From NCBI GenBank assembly GCA_964016885.1, contig OZ024746.1, forward strand, positions 62,992,001 to 63,056,000: 64,000 nucleotides of DNA, read 5' to 3'. The stretch's first letter is position 1. Each line of letters begins with the position of its first letter. A model generated the notes under the pieces. The model had not been told where the DNA came from and made no database searches. It was given only the letters and a program-made list of their open reading frames with translations. Source of the DNA: Eledone cirrhosa (Eukaryota). The position numbers were made by a program, and so were the translations under genes. Below are positions 41,006 through 56,799 of this stretch, piece by piece.

Positions 41006-41974
41006 TACGATTGTGAATTTGTTTGTTTTTTTACAACAGGTCTCAATAGTGAAAGTATAATGCAGACACACGCAATTGTATGGATTTCTTAATATATATA
41101 TATGTGTGGGTGTGTATATGTGTGTATATATATGTGTGTGTGTATGTATATATATATATATATGTGTGTGTTTGTATATATATATATGTGTTTGTGTCAT
41201 CATCATCGTTTAACGTCTATCTTCCACGCAAACATGGGTTTAGACATATATATATGTTTGTGTGTATATATATGTTTGTGTGTATATATATATGTGTGTT
41301 TGTGTGTATATATATGTGTCTGCTGCCCCTCTGACCCAAATCCCTTATCATTCTCTGTCCTTCTTATGACCCTACCTTAATTTCTTTGGGGACAGAGAGT
41401 TGGTGCCAACAAGTTTGGCGAGATGATCAACTGTATTTCAGCTATTTATAGGGTGTAATAAGGATTTTCAATATTTATTTATTTCAACACACAATGTCAT
41501 TATTTAAAAAAAAAATCCATACAATTGTGTATATGCATATCTATATACATCTACAAATTCATACAAATGTGTATGTGTGCATAAATATATATATACATAC
41601 ACATATATATATATATATATACAGACACATATATATACACACAAACACACATATATATACACACAAACACACATATATATACACACAAACACATATATAC
41701 ACACAAACATATATATACACGCAAACATATATATACGTCTAAACCCATGCTTGCGTGGAAGATAGACGTTAAACGATGATGATGACACAAACACATATAT
41801 ATATATACAAACACACACACATATATATATATACATACACACACACATATATATACACACATATACACACCCACACATATATATATATTAAGAAATCCAT
41901 ACAATTGCGTGTGTCTGCATTATACTTTCACTATTGAGACCTGTTGTAAAAAAACAAACAAATTCACAATCGTA
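41006..41974. repeat. Inverted duplication with ~310-350-bp arms and a ~300-bp spacer
   Basis: tacgattgtgaatttgtttg...ccacgcaaacatgggtttagac mirrored at ~41621-41974. Confidence 0.9.
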
Positions 41975-42019
41975 ACTGTCAAAAATTAGTTTCACTTTTG
42001 AGACCGCCCGTCTTGACGT

Positions 42020-42087
<68 letters not shown>

Positions 42088-42581
42088 TTTTAACCCTTCT
42101 GTTGAGAACTCTATTCGATTTGTGATGTTTTTGCATTCTTGCAAAAATATACACAACTGAATTCATTCGCCTGATATAGGGGTTGCCTCCCTTGCCGATC
42201 CCCACGTGGGGTCAGCAATAGTCAGTCTTTGTATTAACATTGAACTAAAACCTGTTGAGAAAGTGACTTCCTTGTTCAATCATCTTATCAGAAGCCTGAC
42301 ATTATTTATGTAAGCGGAGGGTACTTGATTTAGGAGCCGCAGAAACCCATATACTGGATTTTACCAACCTTCCAGGGGTCCGGGTAAATTTTCAATACCC
42401 GAATTATTTGATCGTTTTTTTTTTTGGCTATGCGAGTGATTGTTTAACCATCGTCTCAGTGTGTTTGGCCTTTAACGTTTGTTATAGCTCTGGTTCATCT
42501 GAATCATTGAGCACTTGCCGCACATCTCGGAGGTTGTTTTTCGTTATTTCGTGGGCCGAAATGCGAATCTCGATAATTTAT

Positions 42582-42633
<52 letters not shown>

Positions 42634-43305
42634 TGTGTATGTATACATATATAAATAATCTAAGAGAATATAATTCAAATGAGAGCCAGTTGCATAAATT
42701 TGAATCATAAAAATCGAAGAGGGTTTACTAAATGCTGTACAGTGTACATGATAAACTCTTATTTATTAGTTTCCTTTACATACAGATAAAGTTGACATAT
42801 TAGCAGATTGTTAGCGACTCTGAATGAGGAAGGGAGATAATTCCAAGAAATTAAGTTAACATGTGAAAAGAAAAAGACAATCTGATTCTAATTTCGAAGG
42901 CAAACGACATTGATGGACTTTTGTCTCCTGATTCCATAGACACCATCTATACGACATTAGATATAAACATTTAACATTTACAAAAAGATTTAAGAACGTT
43001 CATGGCCTCACATATGTGAAAGTTTTCGTAAGTCTGATAACGTGATGCTGGTGATATCAGGGATAGACCTCATTCATGCAGTGGGATCGAAAACTTGATC
43101 TATTAATTGCAAAACGAACTCTTAACCTATTCAGCCGGTCAAATTGTGTGATATCTATTGCTTCCGAAATAAAACTAGATTGTCCATTTGGTTTTAGTTT
43201 TGCAAATTACCCTTGATAGAATGTCTTCAAATCTTTTTCAGATACACAAAAAGGTTTATATCTATTTAGATATGAGAAGGTTAATGTCATGCTGATGGCA
43301 CCTAA

Positions 43306-43633
43306 AAGGTAAACACCCCCTTCGATCACGAGTGACCATGGGATTTGCACCAAGAAAGTTTCCCTCCGAGGCACATGTCCGAGCAAGGTTTTTTGTGGAA
43401 GACCAGCAGTCGCCCATACATACCAGCCTCCCATCTCCACATGCCCGATGATGTCCAAGGGAAAGGTAAATGGCCGATACAGCTTGGTACCAGTGACGTC
43501 GCAACTCATTTCTACAGCTGAGTAAACTGGAGCCACGTGAAATAAAGTGTCTTGCTCAAGGACATAACGAACGCATCATCCGATCCGAGAACTGAACTCA
43601 CGACTTTCCGATGTGCAAGCCTAATGCTCTAAC
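43306..43633 (-). mobile_element. tRNA-derived SINE of the second family
   Basis: Minus strand begins gaaggcgtatggcttggtggttagagc (tRNA-like) and contains gttatgtccttgagcaagacact. The 5' part is shared with 24260-24378. Confidence 0.75.
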
Positions 43634-43681
43634 CACCAAGCCATACGCCTTCATGACACCTACTTAGGCAGAAACAACCAC

Positions 43682-44240
<559 letters not shown>

Positions 44241-44432
44241 GTTATTGTAATAAGGATTACATACACTTTACGTACTGCTGCTGCTTTGCTTGTCTTTCCA
44301 GTGTTTTGTCGCCGTAGCTTGTTGACACAGTATGGCTAAATGGTTAAGCAGTTTGCTTCGCAATCTTTAGGTTCTGGGTTCAATACCACTGCGAGACATC
44401 TTGGGTTAGTGTTATTTACCATAGCATATGGT

Positions 44433-44702
44433 CAATGGCGGATTTACCGTTGTGCTTAGGAGTGCTTAAACATAGGGTCCCGTTGGCCAAGGCTGGTGAG
44501 CCCATCTTCCTGCTAAAAAAAAATGTTTTATACACACAAACCATGTCTCCTTGTTACATTCATACACCGCCAGTATCTACGCTAAATTGCCTTGTTACAT
44601 TCATACACACCGAGTATCTTCGCTATACCTTCTTCAGGGCCCAAACAAGGGACCTCGTAACTTAACTAGCACAGGGCCTCATTTTCCCTAAATCTGGCAC
44701 TG
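44433..44702. mobile_element. Probable hAT MITE
   Basis: caatggcggattta / taaatctggcactg imperfect TIRs. Confidence 0.5.
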
Positions 44703-44984
44703 CGTCGACGGAAAATGTGTGGAAGCCGGTCGGATTGACTGTACCCGTAATTTAAGGACTCAGCTTTATCCTGCAGTGTCACTCACCGAATCTCCCTGAG
44801 AGTGACGTTGTGGGTACACGTTATGTGGAATGCTCAGTCACTTACCTGTTAATTTCGTGAGCAAGCTGTTCCGTTGATTGAACAACTGGAACACTTCATC
44901 GTCTAAACTGACGGATGTCCATTCCGCCGTAACTTAATATTTTCACCGCCATCACCACTGTTCCGACAATGTTTTTTTATGATT

Positions 44985-45452
44985 ACTACTACTACCACCA
45001 CCACCACCACCACCACCATCACAACCACCTCCAACCCTAGCACTACCACCACCACCACCACCATCTCCACCACCATCTTAGTCAATACCACTACTGCCAC
45101 CACCACCACCATCACCACAGTTACTATCACTACCACACTACCACCACAACTACTACCATCAGTACCACCACCACCATCACCACCACCACTACCACAATCT
45201 TCACCACCACCACTACCACTTCCACCACCACTGCCACCACCACAACCACCACCACCACCACCACCACTACCACCACCACCACCACCACCACAACCACCAC
45301 CACTACCACCACCACCACCATTGCCACTACCACCACCACCACCACCACTACCACTACCACCACTACCACCACCACTACCACCACTACCACCACCGTTACA
45401 CCGCCGCCGCCACCACCTCAACCACTACCACCAGCAGCAACAACAACAACAA
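44985..45452. repeat. (ACC/ACT)n compound microsatellite
   Basis: Directly visible. Confidence 0.95.
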
Positions 45453-45651
45453 TAACATCAACATCTCTGTCCTTGTAGTTGATTGGATATTTGGTCAATG
45501 TTACAGGAAATAGAACTGATTACCAATTACAATTCATTAACAACAATAGACAACAGCTGCCACAACAATATCGATCTTCTATTCCTTAATGTCCTCTAAT
45601 GATTTAATATAAAATGTCTAATAACTAATTTGTTAATTTAAATGTTTATAG

Positions 45652-46383
45652 CAGAGGTGCTCAAAGTGGGCAGTAACCCCCTCCCACCCCGGGGGGCGTT
45701 GAGAAGGGCCAAGGGGAGCTGGGGCCTAAGGTGATATAATAGTATATTAAATATCAAATGATACATATTATATATCGCGCCGAGGTTAACTTTGCCTTTC
45801 ATCCTTACGGGGTCGATAAAATAGAGTACCAGTAATACACTGGGGTATGGCTGGCCTTGTGCTAATAGTAGAAACAATTATATATAAATATAGTAGAAAA
45901 AATATATATATAATATTTATTTATACATAGTATATATTATATTATTTATTATATATAAAGGGCAGTGGATTGGCAGTATCAGTGGAGGGTGGGACGCCAT
46001 GCTTTGCAGCATAGAGTTACGTCTCTTTACGGTCTGAGTTCAAATCCCGCCGAGGTTAACTTTGCCTTTCGTCCTTACGGGGTCGATAAAATAAAGTACC
46101 AGTAACGTACTGGGTAATTGCTGGCCTTGTGCCTAAAATAGAAATAATTATTTATTATATATAAATTAACGATTTTATCTATTATATATTTGTTTCTACT
46201 TTAGGCACAAGGCCAGCAATTACTCAGTTCATTACTGGTACTTTATTTTATCGACCCCGTAAGGATGAAAGGATATATTATTTACAATTTGCGTGTAGAC
46301 AGGTCTCTCTGGAAATAGGGTTAAGGGGGCGATGAGGGTGTTACGTGGCTGTGACGGTGACCCCAAACGTTTGACAACCTCTG
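45652..46383. mobile_element. hAT MITE containing three nested SINE pieces
   Basis: cagaggt/acctctg termini and a perfect 8-bp TSD gtttatag. SINEs at ~45777-45880, 45960-46150 and 46190-46272. Confidence 0.85.
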
Positions 46384-47022
46384 GTTTATAGTTGATAAAT
46401 GTTTATATAATCGTTGTGAACATTTGTAATCTATATATAATATAAAAGAAAGATGTTTATTGGTTGGTTGGCTGGCTGGTTGGTTGGTTGGTTGAATCAC
46501 ACGAAAACTACACACACGCGCACACACTCATACACACACACACACACGCACACACAAATACATACACACATACACACACATCTAAAGAGAGAGACACAGA
46601 GCGAGAGGCAGAAAGAGAGGGAGATGGGCCGTTATACAGAGAGAGATACAATTAAAGTGTTAGATATTCAGATAGATAGATAGAGAGATAGAGAGAGAGA
46701 GTAACGTCCCACGAAAGTCTCCTTCTCAACGAGGAAGATGAAAAAACTTACCTCAACACTTAATTTTAAATCTTTAATTTTTAATTTTTAATTCTTACTA
46801 ATTTTTTTTAATTGTAATATTTAACATTTGATAAGATGAATTTAACTAATACATCGAAACCGATTTTACTTTATATACTTTATATACATTATAAAATTCT
46901 TTTTTAAAAGAATTGTCCCTCTTATTTTTTCAGTAATATTACTTTGACGAATCAAAGAAATGAAAAGAAAAAAGAAAAACAGATCCACAAATATATTTTC
47001 CGTGCTATTTTCCATTTCACTT

Positions 47023-47068
<46 letters not shown>

Positions 47069-47072
<4 letters not shown>

Positions 47073-47395
47073 AACAAAAGATGGTTAAAAGAGTTCCATG
47101 TATTTTATTATGCGCATTTCAAAAACAAATATCATCATGCAATAATATTTGTGTTTTCATCAGATAAAATAGGAAGACATGATATGAAGGTTAAAAAACA
47201 CTTGTGGATAGTGCAGTTTTAAATCAACATATCATGTTGATTTAAAACTGCACTATCCACAAGTGTTTTTTAACCTTCATGTCATGTCTTCCTATTTTAT
47301 CTGATGAAAACACAAATATTATTGCATGATGATATTTGTTTTTGAAATGCGCATAATAAAATACATGGAACTCTTTTAACCATCTTTTGTTCTTA
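47069..47395. mobile_element. Near-perfect fold-back (GCGC family) with an intact hammerhead on each arm
   Basis: Hammerheads at 47102-47170 (-) and 47294-47362 (+): attttat-CTGATGA..GAAAT-GCGC-ATA^-ataaaat. Confidence 0.9.
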
Positions 47396-48094
47396 TATAT
47401 TATATATATATATATATATATATCAATTTGTATAAATCTGGGATCCATAAGAGTTCAATAATGCCACTCCCAAACCCCTGCGCGGTAGTTGGTGGAGCCG
47501 GCCCCGATTCCTAGCTTGTACATCACGTTTTATTTTCAAGCTTAATGTATCCAACTAAGTGGCAACTTGGCAGAGTTGTTAGAATGTCGGATAGAATGCT
47601 TTGCAGCATTCGTTTCATCTCCCTACATTCTTTGAGTTCAAATCCCGCCAAAGTAAATTTTGGCTTTCATCCTTTAGAGGCCGATAAAGAAATACCTGTC
47701 CAATGCTGAGGGTTGATTCTTGCTCTTTATTTCTCTCTCACTTCATGTCTGCCTTGGAAGAAATCAGCTGTATTGAGAACTGGAGAGAGGATGAGCTCTC
47801 TCAGGTTTAAAGTGCTCATGACACGCCGTATGTCACAGCGATGACCCCTACGACACCATCAGGAGTTACAGGTCCATAAATACAAACATACTGTATCTAA
47901 AACTACATTAACTAGTGTGGCCTTGTCTGTTATTTTTAGCGATTCGTAGGAGCACCTACAGGTTCTCCCTTTGGCTCATATCTTTAAGTGTAAGTATGAA
48001 TGCATGTCTTGTACAAGTACCATTTACCTATCTGCAGTGGCGTTAAACCTTCCTATCAACAAAATATCACAGACCTCCTCATTAGCAGAAAATG

Positions 48095-48220
<126 letters not shown>

Positions 48221-49011
48221 CATAGTGATTTTTGAAGATTTTTGCAAGATGATAAGATGTGATTTGAAAGAAATTAGGCTGCTATTTGTAGCAAGTCAAC
48301 GAGCATAACGAGCTTCTTTCATTGGTCTGCACACATACATACATCATATATATGCATGTATATGTGTGCGTATGTGAGCATGTATAATGTGTGTGTGTGT
48401 CTATATACATATACTGCAAGTGTGTGTGTGTGAGGGTGTGCGAGTGTGCGAGTGTCTGTAATCTATCTATATTTTATTTCTATACATATTTTAGTAACTA
48501 TTTATAGTCGAAAGTGAGATTCTAGAGTGAGTAGATAATTTTATGAAGATAGTTTGTTAGTTTTTAGGCTGAATCAAAGATAACATTTTTATATATCCAA
48601 TATAAAGATCTGTTGATAAACTCCCTAGATTTGTTGCATATTTTCTGTACTTTTAACTCTGTCAACCCTACACAAACGTACAGAATCTTCAACGATCTTC
48701 AATCACACACTTAGTCAAATAGTATTGGTGTGAATCCTAAAGAAGGTGTATGTGATGTTAATATTCATAAAATAAATATATTATCAATGATAACCAATTT
48801 TCTTTCTCTGGAAAATATCGGCTGCGTTTCGACCTGGAGAAGAATGGATTCCGCCACGTTTAAAATCTCCCAGACATGTCATATGTCAGGTCGGTGATCA
48901 CATCACTCCACCGTGAGATAAAAATACCCTTTCCCTTTTGTTTACATTTAATTAGAGACTAGATTATATTTTGTAGATAAAACGACTTCATTTTTCATTT
49001 TATTAAACAAT

Positions 49012-49317
49012 AATTGTTTCTACTTTAGGCACAAGGCCAGCAATTACCCAGTGCATTACTGGTACTTTATTTGATCGACCCCGTAAGGATGAAAGGCAAT
49101 AATGGTTTCTGATATAGACACAAGGCCAGCAATTTTGGGGGAGGGGAAAGTCGATTAAATTAACCCCAGTGCTTACTGGTACTTTATTTTATCGATCCCG
49201 TAAGGATGAAAGGCAAAGTTAACCTTGGCGGGATTTGAACTCAGAAATAAAGGGCCGTAACTCTGTGCCGCAAAGCATGGTATCCGACCCTCTACCGATT
49301 CTGCCAATCCACCGCCC
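49012..49317 (-). mobile_element. Composite (1.5-mer) SINE with a single TSD
   Basis: ttattaaacaataat flanks the whole unit. Confidence 0.85.
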
Positions 49318-49959
49318 TTATTAAACAATAATAATAAAATATCACCTAGCTCAGCAGACTTAATAAAAATATTTTAATGTCTAATGCAGAAGTCTCAAAT
49401 ATAAAGGCTCAGCGGGCGAAAAATGAGATAAAGGGGGGTGAGCGTGATTTCCACCAGTTATAATGTTAATTTTCAATACAGTTGGTAGACTGCTATTTGT
49501 TACTTGTTTTTCATCAAAATTAATATGTGTGTGTGTGTGTGTATGTGTGTGTGTGTGTGTGTATAGAGGCGGTGGAACTGGGGTGGGGGTTTCTGACAAA
49601 TTAATAAGCGAAGGGTGGGGTCGATTATTCAAGACCTGAGAGTACGTGAATTATTGACGGACGTAAAAATGAAAACTCAATACCGAAGTAGAGTTTAAAT
49701 ATTCATTTATTATGGCTAAGTCTTGTTACTCTGGAGTCTCACCTGTGTACTCACCAGACAATACTGGTGATCCTGTGAGTGCGCAGGTGAAACTGTACAG
49801 TAACAAAGCTCACCAATAGCCATAATAAATGATTGTGTGTGTATATATATATAAGCGATGAAATACCAATGAAGGCTGGAAGATCACTGATGAAGGACTA
49901 AATTTATTCATATGTAACCCATTTGCAACCACGCAGCACGCCATGTTTTCATATTTTTC

Positions 49960-49995
<36 letters not shown>

Positions 49996-50117
49996 ATATA
50001 GGAGATGGATAAATTGAGTATAATACCAGTTTCTTACCAAATACGAAGAAGCTCGATATATTAACCCCTTAGGAAAGGGCACAGTGCATAATTTTTTTAG
50101 AATTATATATATACATA

Positions 50118-50333
50118 CAGTCGTGGTGGAACTGGGGGGAGGGATGCCCTCCTCCAATAATTATATTTTCTCCTCAAACTACCAAAACACATATGCGCTC
50201 CAATTTATATACATGTTATGTAGTTCATAATCGAAGTTTTCTGACCATTTTAGAGTGCAAAGAGCTAAACTAATCACTACAACTAAATTGTCCACCCAAC
50301 GCCTCTAATTCAGAAATGTTTCCACCACCCCTG
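50118..50333. mobile_element. MITE (relative at ~24465-25143)
   Basis: cagtcgtggtggaa / ttccaccacccctg termini; shared agctaaactaatcactacaactaaattg. Confidence 0.65.
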
Positions 50334-51949
50334 TCATAGTAAGTGGGATATGTGAATTAGAATAAAAAATGTAGGAGGATAAATTTTCCATTTAAAATTT
50401 TCCTTAATTAGTCACAAAGATTGTTCTGCGCATGCCAGAGAAAAGCAGTTTGCGAGCCGAATGCGACCCGAGGGCTGCGTGTTGGATACCCCTGATCTAG
50501 GACTACAGAGAGAAAAATAGATCCCTTAGCTTAATGGCTAGAGTACTCAGTCGGCATCTGAGAGACATGAAGGTCGATTCCTCGTAGCGGCCGCTGGCAA
50601 CTTTTTCCTTCTATAAGGAGTCTTTAAACGATTACCTAAGCTATTTATAGCAACTATATGTATTTATATATTTTCTGCGTCTGAGCATTATACATTTTCT
50701 ATGAACTTCATAATCTCTCAGCTCTTTGAACATTCGAACTTCGCATATAAAATGAGATCGTTCCTGTTGTTGAGTCCTTTAACTTACTGCTATAAAAAAA
50801 ATTTTGAAGCAACTATCTGTTATGTCAACGATTGTTTAAAGAATCTTGTAAAAATACGAACAATATATTTTTGAAGTGTTCGATGGCGCATAATTGTTTT
50901 TTTTTTGTTTTTTTTTTGATAAACAAAATAATATCGCAAATTACATTTAGATTTATTTATTAAATTTAGATTTAAATCTTATAAATGTCTGCCCACGTGT
51001 ACATCACTAAAATTGTTCAATGAGAAACTATCTTCAGGATATTAAAAATATAAAATTCCGGAAAATCAATAATAGCTTTCAGATGCAGTGGATCAACAAT
51101 CTTCGTAAAAGACAAACATTCTATTGAAATCTTAATCCAATTTTACAAGACAATCGTTTATACGTATAGAAGTATATATAGACATTATATGTTAAATTAA
51201 CACCCACACACAGACATAAATTTACTACTGAATTATATATGGGAGGAAGAACTTAACTCCCTTCGCAAATCTGAATGGACATAATACTTAGATGTTTATT
51301 TTTAAAATAAAATTTATTAATAAAAAAATAAAAATAAGGTGTGGGGGGGGGGGGGACAGGAAAGAAAGAATAGGGAAATATAAAATAAAAAAGGGAGAAA
51401 GAAAGAAGAAAAAGAACGATGAGGGGAGGGTGGAAAGAGTTCTGGTGCCGCAGAAGAGAGGGGATGGGTAAAAGGGGAGGGTGATTGAGCTTTGGGCCTA
51501 GGGCAAGATGGCAGAAGTGCTGCGCCTCGCTGACAAGACGACACTAATTTGTTTTCTGTTTCTAGATTTGAAATTGTATTTTATTTATTACTTTACAATA
51601 AATTATTCCCTCAAGTTACCTTATTTATCTATAACACAGGATGGGGTGGTATAATCTAGATTAGGAGGTGTATCTAGAGCTAACCCTTTTTTTTTTATAG
51701 CGGGTGGGGGTGTAAACTGAAAAAACCCAGAATATTTTTTTCTCATTATGGATACGTAACGCAACTCCTGGTAGAGTTGTAGGGTGCGTTGTAGTGACAT
51801 ACGGCGTTTTGGGGGCATTTTGTTTAAACCCCGGCGGGATTTCAATTCAGAGAGCGCAGAGAACCGGAACGAATACTGCAAAGTATTCTATCTGGCGTTC
51901 TAATGACTCTGCCAATTAGCTGCCGCCTATCCCAGAATATACACTAGGG

Positions 51950-52168
51950 CAGGCATATCAAACTGAGGGGTTCCCGAGGGCCACAGGGGTCACATATGTG
52001 TTGTCTGAGGTTCACACATGACAACTAATTGCGCACATTACAACTATTTTTTTTTTTTTTATTACGAAGATAAAACATGCTCGCACTATAAAAACCTTTG
52101 CGCGGGCCGCAGGTGTGCTTGTGAAGGGCCGCATGTGCAACCCGCGGGCCGCATGATTAACATGCCTG
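51950..52168. mobile_element. hAT MITE
   Basis: caggcat/atgcctg TIRs, gcgggccgc motifs and a perfect 8-bp TSD cactaggg. Confidence 0.9.
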
Positions 52169-52934
52169 CACTAGGGTATAAAAGAGGCTAACCCACTTAA
52201 AATACGGTTAAAACTACACCATTATCTATTCTATGTGTTGTTATTCTTTAGACAACACCTGTTACAAAAGCACCAACCACCGCCACCATACCTAACCCCA
52301 CCCCATTGAATTTCTCATTCATCACATAAAGGTGTTCTTTCTTCTGATAGGGGAATCGTGTTAGATTGATAATAAAAGGTCAAGGTTGTGAAAATAAATT
52401 TATAAACAGTTAAGGGTCTGATTACATTCCTTCTCTTTCCCCTTTTTTTTTCTCTCAACCTTTCTGTCTCTTTCTTTCTCCCTCTCCCACACACCCGCAC
52501 TCTTCCACTCTCTAATCCTCCTCCTCCTCATTCATCCGCCTCTCTTTCTCACTCCCTCTCTCTCTCTCTACACACACACACAGGAGAGAGAGAGAGACAA
52601 GGTTCGTATTGTTCTGTCATACTGTACAATGTAGTAATGCTGATGGCGAATGTGCAGTAAGCAGAGACGGCTAATTACATTTTGTATTGCACTCACGCAC
52701 CCGTATACCCCTCCTCCTTATATATATATATATATATATATATATTTAATACAATAACAGAGATAGCTTAAAGCTAAAATCTGACTGGTAACCATATCAC
52801 TCAACAAACATTAGGTTATATGTTAGTATAAACCTAATTTAAGTGTTTGGGGTGCTAACTATATGTATTATGTGGAAAGCCAGTTGTATTATTTTATGAG
52901 ATATAATTAAAGTTAAAATATATCTGTATATATA

Positions 52935-53260
52935 CAGTGTACCCCCGGCATTCGCGGTCCCGGTTATTCGCGGAATTTTCCTTAGAGCCTAACTAATAAT
53001 TATTCGTGGAAACCACCGCATATTCGCCGAATCGTAAATATCTTCCACGATCTTGTAATGCTTTTTTCGCGGTAATATATATTTTTTCACGCTTTTAATG
53101 CTAAATTATTAACAACGCTATACCGTGTTTGCCAGCCTATATTTTACGTTATGTTTTGACGTTTATAGGCATTTTTATGGACCACGTCCAATATTCACGG
53201 TTGTTCACTCTTCGCGGATGCTCTAGGAACGTAACCTCCGTGAATACCGAGGGACAACTG
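52935..53260. mobile_element. Tc1/mariner (Tigger-like) MITE
   Basis: TA flanks; cagtgtacccccggcattcgcgg / ccgtgaataccgagggacaactg TIRs. Confidence 0.8.
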
Positions 53261-53313
<53 letters not shown>

Positions 53314-53341
53314 GTATATATATATACATATATATATATAC

Positions 53342-53372
<31 letters not shown>

Positions 53373-53401
53373 CATATATATATACATATATACATATATA
53401 C

Positions 53402-53432
<31 letters not shown>

Positions 53433-53445
53433 CATATATATATAC

Positions 53446-53492
<47 letters not shown>

Positions 53493-53529
53493 CATACATA
53501 CATATACATATATATATACATATATATAC

Positions 53530-53568
<39 letters not shown>

Positions 53569-53645
53569 CACATATATACATACATATATACATATATATA
53601 CATATATATGTATGTATATGTGTGTGTGTGTGCATGCGTGTATAC

Positions 53646-53682
<37 letters not shown>

Positions 53683-53713
53683 CATATATACATATATATA
53701 CATATATATATAC

Positions 53714-53774
<61 letters not shown>

Positions 53775-54435
53775 TATATACATATATATACATATATATG
53801 TATGTATATGTGTGTGTGTGCGTGTATACATGTGTGTATGTGGAGAAAATAGGTAGAGAGAGAAGAGAAAGAAAAGCAGATACCCCCCCCCCCCCCCCCC
53901 CGCCTCCTATCCCTCCCTCCTCCACATACATAATACATAATTCAACATCCATTCAAACAATCACTGGCTTTCTGTAGCAGGTACAGTGTCCGGTAAAGAA
54001 CAAAAGAGTATAATATGTTAGTTATGTAGTGGGAAAATGGCTGACATTCACCACCCTAATTAACGATACGAAAGGAAAGGCAAATAATGGCAAATATTAG
54101 CAAATAATAGCTCTTTTCTCATAGCCTGGTATTGTTACTGTCGTGATATTACCAGACGAGGTGTATCTGTTAATTCCCAGGCTTGCTTGATGCCTATCGC
54201 CTGCCTTGTTGGATGTCTATCACATCTGGCAGGCTGAAGGATATGGAAACCTACCAATGAGGAAACGTCTATATAGTCGCTCCATTTGCTAGAAATAGTA
54301 ATCAAATCTTAGATTAAACAATATTGTTTTAAGAAAAAGAGATGGTTACGACTGGAACACATTTGGATCAGAGCTGATTTGGGGGAGTTAATAACGACTT
54401 CCTGTCATATTAGTTGGAAATGCGAGCCTCTAAGT

Positions 54436-54715
54436 CAGTCATGGGCAACATACGGCCCGCGAAGCTTTCTGAATGGCTCGCCTATGTCACCTAAGTGAAA
54501 TCTTTCTGATTTTTTTACCCCAACTTTTCAGTCGTACTTTATCTTTCTATCATTTTCACGATCGAGGAAAACAACGTGTACGAATTCTGAAGAAAAAAAA
54601 TCAAAACAACCTAAGTTACCGCCCTTTTTTTAATGTAGGCACCAATGTAAATTAGCGCCTGATGATGAGCCATATCTCATGCGGCCCGCTTCTCGAAAAA
54701 GGTTGCCCATGTCTG
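54436..54715. mobile_element. hAT (Charlie-like) MITE
   Basis: cagtcatgggcaac/gttgcccatgtctg; TSD ctctaagt/ctctaagc. Confidence 0.9.
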
Positions 54716-56026
54716 CTCTAAGCTGTGCCGGTTAGAATGTGTCAGTCATGGGATTTACCAGGAGACTCATTACTATTTTAATATTTAAAAAATTCTATAT
54801 TATAAATTATAGGTATAGTTGTGAATATATGTATATATGTGTGTATTAGAGGGCTATCTAATACACACATCAACGAGAACAAACAGCCTTCCATACATAC
54901 ACTGAGTTTTGTGATCCTTCAGTTTTGTGATCCTTCTTCTTCTTCTTCGCCCACTTATTCCTGGGGGAGTCGTGAGGACCGAGTCCTCAAGCACGCCTTC
55001 CACTGGAACTAGGAAACATTCTGTTGGGACTAGGACTCAGGAGAATCACGTCACTTCCACACTGTGGGAGGACGTTCCTGCCATACTGTTGGATATCTCG
55101 GTAATCGAGGTGGTTAACACCATACTGAAGGAATACGAAACGATAACAAGAGCACGCCTATGGTCTTATAATTCGGCACACAAAGAAGCAATTCCACGCT
55201 AAACTACATTTGTTACTAGACCGAGAGTTCATTTACGGTGCTTAGTCAAGACCTTTTGGTGGATAGGAACTGAGGTGAAGTTACAGCCTATGTAGCCTAT
55301 CTCATCCAAAACTGGGATGAGAAGAAGCGACCTCTAGAAGATCTCCCCCATCTTTGGGTTTTTAATATAACATTTGTTGCATAGTCAACTTGATTAAAAT
55401 GACGGTGAATATATCTGGCTCTTTAATCCTGTTATCTCAATTCTAAGATCTTGTTTCTGTTCTATTCTGTTCTATTCAAGATTCACCTCGTGATGCAAAC
55501 ACGTAACAGACTGGGAATAATTTCCCTCATGAATAAGATAAATTGATCGAAACGAATAAAGCTTGAATTGTGTATGTTGAGGCAAATAGAGTGCTGCAAT
55601 CATCTGACGATACTGTCATGCCTTCCTATTTATATAAAGCAAATAAACAGAGATTAAATTTCCACAGCATTAATTATTATTATTGTTCAATGGAGACTTG
55701 TGTTGTATATAAAAGAAATTGGAGTCTATTCTTTATTCAGACGAAGATGCGAATCGACCGGTTTCTAAAGAAATTGGAGCTGCACGACAGTATCAGAAAG
55801 AAAACAAAAACATAAACTGCAATGAATAATAGTAATTGTCTGTTTGGAACCGCCCCAGAAATATTTCACATATCGCTAAAGTTCTTCATAAAGGAAAAAA
55901 TACCATAGAGTTTTATAACAACTAATTTTTAAGTACAATGCTGTTTAAAATGATAACTGTGTAGTTCGCTTGTTTATCAGCCATAAAAAATTCCTCATTT
56001 TTTCAAATCACAATAAGCTGTGTGGC

Positions 56027-56425
56027 AGACCTGCCAACCTCTAAAAATTAAAACGGGGAGTACCATGAAAAAAAGTGCCCCAAAACGGGGAGAAATAAAG
56101 CGAAATGGGGAGATTTTACATAATTGTTTCTACTTTAGGCACAAGGCCAGCAATTACCCAGTGCATAACTGGTACTTTATTTTATCGACCCCGTAAGGAT
56201 GAAAGGCAAAGTCAACCTCGGCGGGATTTGAACTCAGATCGTAAAGGGACGTAATTATGCGTCAAAGCATGGCGTCCGACCCTCTACTGATACTGCCAAT
56301 CCACCGTCTTGGGGAGATTTTACATAATGAAAGCTATACCTATATTCAGAAGAGAAGACATCTCACACACACACACCAAAGTAGATGGGAGATCTCCCCG
56401 TCGGACGGGGAAGTTGACAGGTCTG
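56027..56425. mobile_element. hAT-like MITE with a nested SINE (56125-56309, -)
   Basis: cagacctgccaac/gttgacaggtctg TIRs; SINE TSD tggggagattttacataat. Confidence 0.8.
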
Positions 56426-56799
56426 ACGTATGGCCAAGTGTGTATCTTCAGCTATGTTAAAGGGAGACAAACCACTACACGGATAAGACGTAATTTATTG
56501 AAGTAATCTATCAAATCTGGAACTGTAAACTAACGTTCGTTTCTCTGTAATGGCCGCTAGCCACTTTTCCGTCTCTAGGATATTTTCTTCTCAAAATAAC
56601 TATAGAGATATGAGATTCAGATTATACCAGGATTTCCCAATATTTGATCCAGAGTGGTGGGGAATTATATTATTCATAGTTTCGGCTAAAGGAATGCCAT
56701 TGGGAAAATGTTTTCTATTTGCTGCTAGTTCATCATTAACCTAAAACTGTTTCAATCAAGAAAAAGAGGTCGGGTTAGATATATTGAGAGTACTCTGCT

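Noticed and set aside
44903-45455. Poly-Pro/Thr or Gly-rich ORFs resembling formin or mucin (also 2637-3077, 9910-10551)
   Set aside because: Pure trinucleotide repeats, open in several frames on both strands, with no flanking domain.
53129-53977. Long YI/HT/CV-rich ORFs here and throughout
   Set aside because: Translations of (TA)n, (CA)n and (TACA)n microsatellites, which lack stop codons.
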